Part shown: positions 1-11,684 of the stretch, one piece after another
Layout of the letters: each line of letters opens with the position of its first letter
Numbering within the stretch: the stretch's first letter is position 1
NCBI RefSeq assembly: GCF_963921235.1
Contig: NC_086097.1
Location: forward strand, 9,300,001 to 9,364,000
Direction of reading: 5' to 3'
DNA from: Mobula hypostoma
Taxonomy: Eukaryota
DNA length: 64,000 bases
Program-made: the position numbers and the translations under genes
The notes under the pieces: generated by a model
Seen by the model: only the letters and a program-made list of their open reading frames with translations
Databases searched by the model: none
What the model was told of the DNA's origin: nothing

Positions 1-980
1 GGTGGGACCTGTACAGATTGGATGGGTTGCACCTGAACTCGAGGGGGAGCAATATCCTTGCAGGTAGGTTTGCTAGCATGGTTCGGGAGGGTTTAAACTA
101 ATTTGCAAGGGGGATGGGACCCAGAGCGATAGAGCAGTGAAAGAAGTGCATGGAGTAAAGCCAGATCTAACATATAGAGAGGCTTTGAGGAAAGAGAAGC
201 AGAATAAACGGTGTAAATATAGTAAGGGAGAAGGGCTGAAATGTGTGTACCTCAATGCAAGAAGCATCAGGAACAAAGGTGATGAACTGAGAGCTTGGAT
301 ACATACATGGAATTATGATGTCGTGCCATTACAGAGACTTGGCTGGCACTAGGGCAGGAATGGATTCTCAATATTCCAGGATTTCAGTGCTTTAAAAAGG
401 ATAGAGAGGGGGGAGAAAGGGGAAGAGGGGTGGCATTACTGGTCAAGGATACTATTACAGCTACTGAAAGGGTGGGTAATGTAGCAGGATCCTCTTTTTG
501 AGTCAGTTTGGGTGGAAGTCAGGAACAGGAAGGGAGCAGTTACTCTATTGGGGGTATTCTATAGGCCCCCTGGTAGCAGCAGAGATACAGAGGAGCAGAT
601 TGGGAGCCAGATTTTGGAAAGGTGCAAAAAGATGAGAGGAGACATGATAGAGGTGTAAAAGATAATAAGAGGAATAGATAGAGCGGATAGCCAGCGCCTC
701 TTCCCCAGGGGACCACTGCTCAATACAAGAGGACATGGCTTTAAGGTAAGGGGTGGGGAGTTCAAGGGGGAAATTAGAGGAAGGTTTTTTACTCAGAGAG
801 TGGTTGGTGTGTGGAATGCACTGCCTGAGTCAGTGGTGGAGGCAGATACACTAGTGAAGTTTAAGAGGCTACTAGACATGTATATGGAGGAATTTAAGGT
901 GGGGGTTTATCTGGGAGGCAGGGTTTGAGGGTCGGCACAACATTGTGGGCCAAAGGGCCTGTACTGTGCTGTCCTATTCA
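1..980 (+). mobile_element. CR1-clade LINE, internally deleted: ORF1 esterase C-terminus, ORF2 APE endonuclease start, then a jump to the 3' end
   Basis: 1-80 translates WDLYRLDGLHLNSRGSNILAGRFA (SGNH-esterase-type CR1 ORF1 end). 235-330 gives LKCVYLNARSIRNKGDEL...YDVV (APE N-terminus). At ~631 it joins the typical CR1 3' region (RGDMIEV...FFTQRVV...WNALP). Confidence 0.85.
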
Positions 981-3452
981 ATTTCTATTATATGGGACAC
1001 TTTTAAAGCATATATTCGGGGTCAAATTATTTCTTATACTGCAAACATCATTAAAAATGCTAACAAAGAGAGAAACAAATTAGCTAATCAGTTGAAACAA
1101 CTGGACCATAAATATCCTTCGATACCTGATCCTGAAACATATAACAGACGTAATGAAACCAAAACTAAATATGATCTTCTTTTAACGTGTCCTATTGAAA
1201 GCCGGCTTATAAAAGATAGAAGTCAATTTTATATTCACGGAGATAAAACTGGGAAGCTACTGGCTAATCATTTGAAGCCATCTATAGCTAAGCGGCAAAT
1301 TTAAAAATACGTAAAAGTAATGGGGACATGACAACTGACCACTTTGAAATTAATGACACAAATTGTATAGTCTGACTCTGTTAAGGATAATATTGCAATG
1401 AATAATTTTTTAGATCAATTAAATATTCCTAAACTTTCGATAGACGATCATAGGCAATCGGACCAACCCATTTCCCAGGAGGAAATTGCACAGGCTACTC
1501 GAGAATTGCATTCTGGGAAATCCCAGGACCCGATGGATTCTCTGGAGAGTTTTTTAAGGCTTTTTCCTCCTTGCTTATACCACATTTATGTTCTACCCTT
1601 ACAGATTCCTTTAATGTAGGAAGACTACCGCAGTCCTTTTACGAAGCTTCCATTTAGCTTAGTCACAAAAAGAATAAGAATCCTACTGAAAGTTCTTCAT
1701 ATAGACCTATCTCTTTACTCAATTTTGATACTAAAATTTTATCTAAAGTGTTGGCTGACAGACTTGAAAATATTATATCTTCTATAGTTTTGGATGATCA
1801 GACAGGATTTATTAAAAATCGATATTCCTGTTTTAATATAAGGCGTTTGTTAAACGTTATGCATTCTCCATCTAAGGAAATATTGGAATGTGTAATATCT
1901 TTGGATACAGAGAAGGCCTTTCACAGAGTTGAATGGAATTATCTATTTACATCCTTAAAAAAAAATTAATTTTGGACCTAGTTTTATTCATTGGATTAAA
2001 TTACTTTATTTATCTCCCTCTGCTCAGGTGCTTACTAATCTTCAGAATTCTAAACCCTTTAAACTCCAACTTGGAACTGGACCAGGTTGTCCCTTGAGCC
2101 CTCTGCTTTTTGATTTTTATTTCCTTACTTGGATCCTCACTTCCTTTATCTTTAAATAAATTAACAGACAATGTGGTGGTCAAACATACTTTGAGGATTT
2201 GGTCACGGTTTAGAAAACATATTGGTTTATTGAGATTCTCCCTCTCAAGCCCCATCTTTTCTAATTGTTTTTTTAAACCATTGTTAATTGGCTTATCTTT
2301 CAAAGAATGGATAGATTAGGTATTAAACAATTTCAGAATGTGTTTGATGGAGGGAATCTCTCTTCTTTTGTGCAACTTTCAATGAAATTTAACCTTCCCA
2401 ATACCCATTTTTTTTGATATTTACAGATTAGAGATTTTTTAAGATCTCAATTACATATATTTCCTACAAGTCCAGATAAGAATATAATAGATACAATTTT
2501 TAATTTGAAACCCCTTGACAACGGTTCAATATCTTACATTTATGGTCTGCTGTTGGGACTGAAAAAGGCCTCTTTAGGCAAAATTAAAGGAGACTGGAAA
2601 AAGGATTTACAGATTTTCATATCTGAAGTGAGCTGGAAGATTATTTAAAAATTGATTAATTTTTCATCATCATGTGCTCGTCATTCTTTATTACATTTCA
2701 AAGTGGTACACAGAGTTCATATGTCTAAAGATAAGCTCTCTTGTTTCTACGCAGATATTTCCTCTTACGGTGATAGATGTACTAATGGAGCGGCCACACT
2801 AATTCATATGTTTTGATCATGTCCAAGCCTTGAAAAATTTCAGAAAGATGTATTTCAAACTTTCTCTGTACTCTTTGACTGCCATGTTTGGCATTGTCGA
2901 GGATAGGGCAACAAAATTGAAGCCATCTAATTTGCGGGTATTGGCCTTTATGTCTCTTATGGCCAGGAGGGCGACATTGCTCAAGTGGAAGGAGGCCGCC
3001 CCACCCACTCATGTTCAATGGCTATCTGATGTTATGTTGTGCCTTGATCTAGAGAAGATTCGTTGTTCGATTTCTGATTCTAAATATGATTTTCTAATGT
3101 TATGGGGACCCTTTCTGAGTTATTTTCATAATCTTTGAACTGTTATTAAAGAATGGATGCCATTATTATTATTATTATATTATATGGTAAGGTATTTTTT
3201 AAAATTCTCTTTGTTTTTTTACCAGCCAGCTCATTTTTGAAGAGGGGTGGATATTTTTTAATAAAATACAATTATCTTTTATTATTTCATTTCATAATTC
3301 AATTTTTTTTCTACATGATTGATCTGGAATATGGGATACTGTGATGGTATTACTGTGATTTAAATGTAATGCAATTCGTATTACTTATTTGTATCCTTAT
3401 GAATTTTGTATTTGTATTTATGCAATTTATATGATATTAATAAAAATATTGA
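981..3452 (+). mobile_element. L1/Tx1-like LINE, decayed ORF2 with internal deletion, plus 3' UTR
   Basis: WDTFKAYIRGQIISY, SYRPISLLNFDTKILSKVLADRL, DQTGFIKNR, LDTEKAFHRVEW and the C-terminal ARRATLLKWK...PT...WL. Many stops and frameshifts. The RT core is missing after ~2110. AT-rich 3' UTR with AATAAA near 3439. Confidence 0.85.
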
Positions 3453-3454
3453 AA

Positions 3455-3775
3455 GAGGAACTGCAGCTGCATGCACTTCTTGCAGCAGGAGTCATCAGGG
3501 ACACTGGAGGTCTCCCTACCTTCCCACATCATGCGGTAGGAGCATTTAACAATCCTGCCTGGCATCTCTATTGTTCTAACTGAGCAAATATACAGAAGGA
3601 AACAGTAAATATGCTGTGTGGAAAAAAATCTTCCTGCAGGTTTTCGCTTTTTCTGAGTGAAGCCACTCCTTGCTAAAGCCTCAAAGGGCTGAAGCCTCAA
3701 AATCCCCACTCTATTACTGTCTACTCCAGCAATGGCCGCTCCACTTGCACCTGCCTTTGTTTAACGTGTTCTTGC
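3455..3775 (-). mobile_element. CR1 5' UTR and start of ORF1 (Cys-rich zinc-finger-like N-terminus)
   Basis: ORF 3437-3709(-) contains VKCSYRMMWEGRETSSVPDDSCCKKCMQLQ, which resembles CR1 ORF1 N-termini. A similar 5'UTR-like sequence lies at ~26790-26985. Confidence 0.6.
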
Positions 3776-4074
3776 CAAAGAATCACGATCACTGATTGGC
3801 GACTACTCAGTACACCAGACTGCCATGAGTCAGTGCCTTATGTACTCAATTGCTGAACTTAACTGTGCTACATCCTGTCATGCTTCAGATCTTCGATAGC
3901 CAACTGCTCAAAGTGTTAATGGTAGTTTACTTTGTAATAAAGGCTGTTTTTGGGAGGCAGCCACTCATCAGTGCCGATGAAGGGTCTCAGAACAAAACAT
4001 CGACTATTTACTCTTTTCATTGATGCTGCCTGATTTCCTGAGTTTCTCCAACATTTTGTGGGTGTTGCACTGGA

Positions 4075-5270
4075 GCCTCAGGACTCAAACAACCAGGTTC
4101 AGGAACAGCTATTACACCTCAACCATCAGGTTCTTGAACCCAAGAGGATAATTTCACTCAACATCACTTGCACAATCATTGAAATGTTCCTACAACCAAT
4201 GGATTCCTTTCAAGGACACTTCATCTCAAGTTCTTGATAGTTAATGCTGATAAATGTGAGGTGCTACATTTTGGTAGGACTAATCAAAATAGGACATACA
4301 TGGTAAATGGTTGGGCATTGAAGAATGCAGTAGAACAGAGTGATTTAGGAATAATGGTGCATAGTTCCCTGAAGGTGGAATCACATGTGGATAGGGTGGT
4401 GAAGAAAGCTTTTGGTATGCTGACCTTTATAAATCAGATCATTGAGTATGGGAGTTGGGATGTAATGTTAAGATTGTACAAGGCATTGGTAAGGCCAAAT
4501 TTGAAGTACAGTATTGTGTACAGTTCTGGTCACCGAATTATAGGAAAGCTGTCAACAAAATAGAGAGAGTACAGAGAAGATATATTGGAGTGTTACCTGG
4601 GTTTCAGCACCTGAGTTACAGAGAAAGGTTGAACAAGTTAGGTCTTTATTTTTTGGAGCGTAGAAGGTTGAAGGGGACTTGATAGAGGTATTTAAAATTA
4701 TGAGGGGGATAGATAGAGTTGACATGGATAGGCTTTTTCCATTGAGAGTAGGGGAGATTCAAACAAGAGGACATGAGTTGAGAGTTGGGGGCAAAAGTTT
4801 AGGCATAACACGAGGGGGAACTTCTTTACTCAGAGAGTGGTGGCTGTGTGGAATGAGTTTCCAGTAGAAGTGGTAGAGGCAGGTTCGATATTGTCATTTA
4901 AAGAAAAATTGGATAGGTATATGGACAGGAAAGGAATGGAGGGTTATGGGCTGAGTGCAGGTCGGTGGGACTAGGTGAGAGTAAGCATTCGGCATGGACT
5001 AGAAGGGCCTGTTTCCGTGCTGTAATTGTTATATGGTTATATGGTTATTGCTTATTTATTTAATATTATTATTTATTTCTTTTTGTATGTGCAGCTTGTT
5101 GTCTTCTGCACTTTGGTTGAACCCCCAAGTTGGGCAGCCTTTCATTGATTCTGTTATGGTTATTATTCTATGGATTTATTGAGTATGCCCACATGAAAAT
5201 AAATCTCACCATTGTATATGATGACATATATGTACTTTGATGATAGATTTACTCTGAACTTTGAACCTTG
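4075..5270 (+). mobile_element. Rex1/Babar-type LINE 3' end interrupted by a CR1 insertion
   Basis: TTRFRNSYY.STIR.LN-type C-terminus at 4085-4140. The 3' UTR resumes at ~5049 and ends in a (TTTGAAC)n-like tail. Matches the uninterrupted copy at 42950-43270. Confidence 0.7.
4240..5048 (+). mobile_element. CR1 LINE 3' fragment (RT C-terminus and ATGGTTAT tail)
   Basis: KCEVLHFGRTN, LYKALVRPNL, YCVQFWSP, ERVQRR, LSYRERLNKLGL. Ends in a short tandem (ATGGTTAT) tail. Confidence 0.9.
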
Positions 5271-5502
5271 ATACAGCATGTTCAGACAACATTCAATATT
5301 AACATTAAATTATGTTCTAATATTTATGTTGCTGAGTTTCATGTATATTTTTACACCAACACCTTTTCAAAACTTGTGTGAAATTTTGCTTCTGTTTCTT
5401 ACCAATATTGAAGTAAATCACTAAAAATTACTTACTGACTTAGTAAATTATACAATACAATATCACAGTGAAACAAAACTAAAGGTAAGATAAGCCCAAT
5501 GA

Positions 5503-5760
5503 TCACAAAATGCTGGAGGAACTCAGCAGGCCAGGCAGCATCTATGGAAAAGAGTACAGTCAACGTTTCAGGCCGAAACCTCTCAGTAGGACTGGAGAAA
5601 AAAAGATGCTGAGGAGTAGATTTGAAAGTTGCTGGTAAGGGAGAGAGATAGGTGAAACTGAGGGGAGGGGAGGGGTGAAGTAAAGAGCTGGGATCACCAA
5701 TCCTGCCGAAGGGTCTTGGCCCAAAACGGCGACTGAGATCCTCCAGCATCTTGTGTGTCT
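5503..5760. mobile_element. Penelope-derived short element with two termini in inverted orientation
   Basis: The left end CACAAAATGCTGGAGGAACTC and the right end GATCCTCCAGCATCTTGTG are inverted copies of the Penelope terminus seen at 9296-9400. Each arm has a degenerate hammerhead core. Confidence 0.65.
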
Positions 5761-5782
5761 TAGTTGGGAATAAAAATGAATA

Positions 5783-6080
5783 CAGCACCATGGCAATGCA
5801 GCGGTTGGAGTTAGGGCAATCTGGAGTTTGGAGTTCAATTCTAGTGTTGTTCTGTAAAGAGTCTCTGTAGTTCATCCCCATTGAATGTGTGGGATTTCCC
5901 TGTGTCTTCTGTTTTTTTTGCCAATAGTCTAAAGACATACCAAAGTAGGTTAATAGGTCATTGTAAAGTGTCCCAACATTATGTTAGGTTTAATCTGGGT
6001 TGTGAAGTTGCTGAGGTGGCATGGCTCGAAGGGCTGGAAGGCCCTGCTCGGCGCTGTATCGCTAAATAAAATAAAAATAC
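5783..6080 (+). mobile_element. tRNA-derived SINE with a V-domain-like core (HE1/V-SINE-like)
   Basis: B-box-like GGAGTTCAATTC, then a GTGGG.TTTCCC...CCAAAGAC core and a GCTGTATC.CTAAATAAA tail. Further copies at about 6930-7215(+), 28795-29040(-), 32895-33195(+), 34125-34410(-), 37345-37530(+), 49225-49500(-), 51933-52220(+), 55785-55900(+) and 60645-60930(+). Confidence 0.7.
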
Positions 6081-7449
6081 AATAAATCGAGAATCAGAGT
6101 CAGGTTCAATATCAACAGCATTTGTCCTGAGATAAATGAAGACAGGGATAATAAATCAGCCATGATTTAATGATGGAGCAGACCTGAAGGGCCAAATGGC
6201 CGAATTGTACTCGTAGGTCTTACAGCCTCAGACTCTTATATTTTCTTTCACCACAAGAAGATCTATTCTTGAATCAATGTTGTATTTTCCTTTTAAAGTG
6301 ACAGAATCACTAAACTTAAACACAAATAGTATATAGTGCAGATTGCAGCAAAGGCTGACTGGCAGCAAATCAAATGTGAGGACACCAGCACCAGGAAGAC
6401 TCCCATGGTATCCTGCTCCTTTGCTGTAATAAACATTGACAACCACTATCATGAAGAGAAGAGTAATACCACAACAGACAGTATTGGAGGGATTTCAGTT
6501 CTCTGTCAATAGGTACAATAAATCAGTCTTCATGTATCCTGCTTAATTGAAGGGCTAACATGCAGAGTCTTTCACCAAATAAAAATGAGTGAACTTGGCA
6601 TTTAGCAAAATGTTCATCAGCATCTTTACACAAGGGAATTCCCACTGCTCTGCCCTGATACAATATTGAAACAACTTCTCTTCACCCATCAGTCCTGTGC
6701 TCACATCTCTCCAACTGGTCAAAACCTGTTCAATCTCTGTAATTCCCAGCCTTATCACCTCAGGTAAGCCTATGTTCCTCCAGATATGCCTTCTAGTGTC
6801 ATTTTGCTTTCTACATACTGAGGTTCAGGTGTTCAAACCTTGTGCCAGTTACTATCCTTCCTTAACCATCTCCACCTCTTTAAAACTCAAGTCCCTCCCT
6901 AAGCTTAAGATCATCTAATATCTTATATTGTGCCGCAGTTAGTGTGTCGCGATTACAGCTCAGAGCATTGGGGCATTGGGTTTAATTCTCTTGTCTTCTG
7001 CTAGGAGTCTCTGTACGACCTCCCTGTGGAATGCATGGGATTTCCCCAGGTGCTATGGTTTTCTCCCACAGTCCAAGAACATACCAGGTAGGTTAATTTA
7101 TCATTATAAATTGTGTCCTGATTAGGTTTGGGTTAAATTGGGGTTGTTGAGGGTTGCTGATACTGAGTGGCTCAATGGAGCAGAAGGACCTATTCCATGC
7201 TGTATCCCTAACAAAATACGTAATATTTTGAGGAAAATGATTTATGTACCTATGAAACTTAGCAGGGCGTTTATCCTAGATTAAAATTGCCACATAAACT
7301 CAAATTGCTCTTGTTCAAAAATATTTTTAATCAACATATTTGCATGAAATACGATCAGCACATAGTCTTTCTTTGCATTTATAGTCTCCTCAAATCAGTG
7401 CAATCATTGCGTTATCAAACGATTCTATTGACAAAGCACCAATACATAT

Positions 7450-8580
7450 CACTAAGCACATCTTTTACTTCTCACCCCTACTCTGCTTTCTGTTGAAATC
7501 ACTCTCTACTAGACTCCCTTGTCCACTCGTCTCTCCTGACACTTAGCCCTCCAAGCTTGCCAAGGGCAACAGCTGCCCCAACAACTTCTCCCTCACCACC
7601 ACTCAGAGGCTCAATTGATCCTTCCAGGTGGGGAAGCGTTTTACTTGTGGTCTGTCAGAGTCAGCTATTACATCCCATGCTCTTGGTGCAGCCTCCTCTA
7701 CATTGGCAAAAGCCAACGCATTTTGGGGCACTGCTTTGTTAAGCACCTTTGCTCTGTCCACTACAGAAGATGCGATCTCCTGGTGACCACTCATTTCAAT
7801 TCATCTTCCCATTTCCATTGTCTATCCATGGCCTCCTCTACTGCCATGGTGAGGCTAAACTCAGGCTGAAGAGCGATACAGCATATTCAAACCTAGTGCA
7901 TGAATATTGATTTCTCTGACTTCCGATAAATTTTTCCCCCTCTCTTCTTCTCTATTTTTCCATTCCACATTCTGGTTACCCCCTTCCTCGCCTTCCCATC
8001 TTCTCACTTTGGATCCCTCCTCCTTCTCTTTGGTTTTCAGCCGTGAGACTACTGAACACCCTGCTATCGCCCAGGTGTCATCACTTATGAAGTGCCAGTA
8101 GCAAAATACTGTTTACTTTTTGACTGCGTCATAAATGCAACTTATGCTAAATGTCAAACACCTGGAATACATATATTTTATTATTTGTTACTTTATGTGT
8201 TGCATGTGAATTATATGTACTGTGCACCTTGGAAGAATATTGTTTCATTTGGTGGTAAATACGTGTAAAATTAAATGACAATAAAATTGAACTTGAACCT
8301 TTTCTTCAATGGTCCACAGTCTCTCCTATTAGATTCAGTCTTCTTCTACTCTTTATCACTTCCACCTATCACCTCCCTGCTTCTTACTTCAACCACCCAC
8401 CTTCCCCCTCACCGGTTCTCACCTAACACTTGATTGCTTGTACTCCTCCCCTCCCTCACCTTCTTCCCCCTTCTTTTCCAGTCCTGATGAAGGCCCTCAA
8501 CCTGAAACATTGACTGGTTATTCCCCTCCGTAGATGCCCCCTGACTTCTTGAGTTCCTCCAGTGTTTTGTGTGTGTGTGG
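7450..8580 (+). mobile_element. Decayed Penelope-like element 3' part (GIY-YIG remnant and terminus), interrupted at ~8030-8300
   Basis: YYIPCSWCSLLYIGKSQR.LG.CF.KHL...V.THFNSSSH is homologous to 9689-9991. The terminus carries CAGTCCTGATGAAGG...CCTGAAACATTGACTG at 8480-8516. Confidence 0.75.
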
Positions 8581-8649
8581 AGCCATTCATGTTGCCTCGT
8601 TGAACAATAAACCTGTCAACTGTTTTGAGGTGGCTATGCAGTATCCTCT

Positions 8650-8837
8650 AGTAGTAGTTATGCAGGGCCCACAGTGTCTCTGAGTGGTGAGGGATGGTTC
8701 TGCTGGACCCTCAGTGTCTCGTGGTAGTGAGGGGCGGTTATGCAGGACTCTCAGTATCTCTTGGCTGTGGGGGATGGTTCTGCTGGACAATCAGGGTCTA
8801 GTGATATTGAGGGATGGTTATGCAGGACCCTCAGTGC
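8650..8837 (+). repeat. 40-bp minisatellite, about 4.7 units
   Basis: The core TGC(A/T)GG recurs at exactly 8661, 8701, 8741, 8781 and 8821. Confidence 0.85.
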
Positions 8838-9295
8838 AGGACCCAAACTCAACCACCCACTATTTAAACTTTGGCAACGTGACAGTGGAGGTTAAATTAA
8901 TCTCCTGGGAATTAATTCTCGATTTGTTAACACTAAATATTGTAATATTGGCATATTATTCTCCCTATCCAAGCTACTGTTCCATTGACATCTGCAACTG
9001 TACATTCAATTTAGCACTAATAACTGGGCTGAATTTCCAAAAAGATGTGCGTAACCATAGTGATGCAAATTATATATTGTGGGTAATGGGCATCTCCTGA
9101 CGTTTTAGTGAAGATGGCGCTGATGCTAACAAAAAGGATTATTAAATGAAGGCTCATTGTTGGTAATATCAACAGCTGCCACTGATGCTCCTGTTATATA
9201 TCTCAGCACTGAGCTTGAGAGGTTTTGAAAATCATAGTTTGAAAAAGTAGTAGGTATTGATCTACATAGGTTAAACACAATAAGTAGATATATAA

Positions 9296-10007
9296 GCAAC
9301 ATACATCAAAGTTGCTGGTGAACGCAGCAGGCCAAGCAGCATCTATAGGAAGAGGCGCAGTCGACGTTTCAGGCCGAGACCCTTCGTCAGGACTAACTGA
9401 AGGAAGAGTGAGTAAGGGATTTGAAAGCTGGAGGGGGAGGGGGAGATGCAAAATGATAGGAGAAGACAGGAGGGGGAGGGATAGAGCCGAGAGCTGGACA
9501 GGTGATAGGCAAAAGGGGATACGAGAGGATCATGGGGCAGGAGGTCTGGGAAGAAAGACGGGGGGGGGGTGACCCAGAGGATGGGCAAGAGGTATATTCA
9601 GAGGGACAGAGGGAGAAAAAGGAGAGTGAGAGAAAGAATGTGTGCATAAAAATGAGTAACAGATGGGGTACGAGGGGGAGGTGGGGCCTTAGCGGAAGTT
9701 AGAGAAGTCGATGTTCATGCCATCAGGTTGGAGGCTACCCAGACGGAATATAAGGTGTTGTTCCTCCAACCTGAGTGTGGCTTCATCTTTACAGTAGAGG
9801 AGGCCGTGGATAGACATGTCAGAATGGGAATGGGATGTGGAATTAAAATGTGTGGCCACTGGGAGATCCTGCTTTCTCTGGCGGACAGAGCATAGATGTT
9901 CAGCAAAGCGGTCTCCCAGTCTGCGTCGGGTCTCAGCAATATATAAAAGGCCACATCGGGAGCACCGGATGCAGTATATCACCCCAGTCAACTCACAGGT
10001 GAAGTGA
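9296..10007 (-). mobile_element. Penelope-like element 3' fragment with intact GIY-YIG endonuclease C-terminus
   Basis: ORF 9689-9991(-): GVIYCIRCSRCGLLYIAETRRRLGDRFAEHL...VATHFN...LEEQHLIFRLGSLQPDGMN, a PLE-type GIY-YIG domain. Followed by a pyrimidine-rich UTR and a terminal hammerhead motif. Confidence 0.9.
9359..9394 (-). ncRNA. Minimal type-I hammerhead ribozyme motif in a Penelope terminus
   Basis: Minus strand reads AGTC CTGACGA AGG GTCTCGG CCT GAAA CGTC GACT. It has the CUGANGA and GAAA cores, stem II AGG/CCT, stem I AGTC/GACT, a GUC cleavage triplet and a vestigial palindromic stem III (ACGT). Confidence 0.75.
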
Positions 10008-10749
10008 TTGCAGACTGGGAGACCCCTTGAACCAATTTTGACATTCAGTCACATTCCAAAGGTTCAAAGGTTGATTTCATTATCCAAGTATGTACACAGA
10101 GTTCAACTCTGAAGTTTGTCTTCTCTTCTCCAGACAGCCACAGAATACAGAAAAACAAGTAATTGAAAGAAAGACATCATTCATCTCCCCTGCATAAAAA
10201 GAAAAAGAAACAAAAACTCGCAAATACCAAACACACCTGACTCCTCCCTTGCACAAAAACTAACAGATCACCCAAACCTTCAGCCCGCCAATCGGCAACT
10301 AGAAAAACTAGGTGAGAGCATGAAAAAAAACTTAGAAGTGAAAGAGGCCAATGAACGACACTTAGCTTGAACTACGATCCAGTTGCCATCTAGTTCCCTT
10401 AATGCATCCATGGTTATTACATAGGACACGTTTTAGTTCCGTGAGATGCTCCTCCCACATAATGAGGGTAATACAAGCCAAAAAAATCCCCAAACTAATT
10501 TTTTGGTAACTGAGCCTCATTAAGAATGTGAGTGCAGAAATTAACTTAATTGTTCAGAGTTCATTATCCACTGTATCCAACAATGACAGGAGACCTGTGC
10601 AGGAGAGATTTTAAAGTGGGAAAGCACTGGGGCAGTTCCACAGTCTCTTGACCGTGGAAGCCCTGGTCCAGTTGTAATAGTGGTAGTCACAAATTAGTGG
10701 CTTGCTTGGTTGCGGTGGATGATCGTGACTTTCACTGTGCCTTCTCACA

Positions 10750-11010
10750 GAGTCATAGAGAGCTACATAACAGAAGCACACCATTCAGTCTCATCTGTGC
10801 CAAACCACTTAAACTACCCGCTCCCATCGACCTGCACCAAGACACAGCCCTCCAAACCCTTACCATCCATGTACCTACCCAAACTTCTCTTAGATATTGA
10901 ATTCAAGTTATCATGCACCATTTCCCATCATGTTCCCCTTCAACATTTCTCCTTTCACCCTTAACCCATGATCTCTAGTTCTAGTTTCACCCAACGTCAG
11001 TGGAAAAATC
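10750..11010 (-). mobile_element. CR1 3' end fragment
   Basis: Reverse complement of the CR1 3' region, with an AGAGTCATAG-type tail at the left end. Confidence 0.55.
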
Positions 11011-11126
11011 TTCAAGGTGTAACCTTATTTTACCTGCATACATTTATGAAGTTAATGTAGGGCTCTCAGTATACTAGGTGGACTGTTAACTGTTGATCAC
11101 TTATAACCAAAATGACTTCTCTGAAG

Positions 11127-11684
11127 TGTTATATTAAAATGGCTTCTTGTAATGTTAACTGCTGAACAAGGGGTTCTCTGTAACTGCAATGATTGGGTTG
11201 TACAGGGAGATAATGGAAATTGTATTCATTTGTTAGCCAATGCAAGTCATGTTCTATTACCTTGTCTATGTGTGCTGAGTTGAGGAGCGTGGGCTTTTTC
11301 GGGAGGCGAGCAGAGAGGACGGACGTGTGAAAAACGAACGGCGGACGCCGGACCTCGGGGTTCAGAGGGTGGCCAGAGTCTCGGAAGGACGTTGTGGATG
11401 GAATTGGAGGCCTGAGCTCCAACGTATTAAAATATTATGTGAACAAGACTGATAAGTTACTTATGTGGCAGTTTTTCTTGTAGTTGCTTCTACTAACCCA
11501 ACACTAAAAATTTGCTATAAAGTATAATTGTTTACTTGCACTTTGAATATTGTTTCATATTTGTGTCGTGGCTGATCATTGGGTGACTCACACCTTATCC
11601 GCACCAAAGCAATTGCACTGTTTGGCGGGGTTGATGGCTATTCACCCTAGGCAACGGGGGGTTAGTGGGGCAGGGACCCTTACA
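11127..11684 (+). mobile_element. Solo-LTR-like element
   Basis: TGT...ACA termini. Shares the motifs GAGCTCCAACGT...GACTG and AGCCAAT with 12991-13835 (opposite strand). No clean TSD. Confidence 0.5.

Noticed and set aside
6640..6770. CAG|GTAAGC donor at ~6763 with short upstream ORFs
   Set aside because: No clear acceptor or recognisable peptide. TCACCCATCAGTCCTGTGCTC resembles a decayed L2-type LINE fragment.
8650..8837. CRISPR-like periodicity (also 16222-16316)
   Set aside because: Eukaryotic context, the intervening segments are homologous rather than unique spacers, and there are no cas genes.
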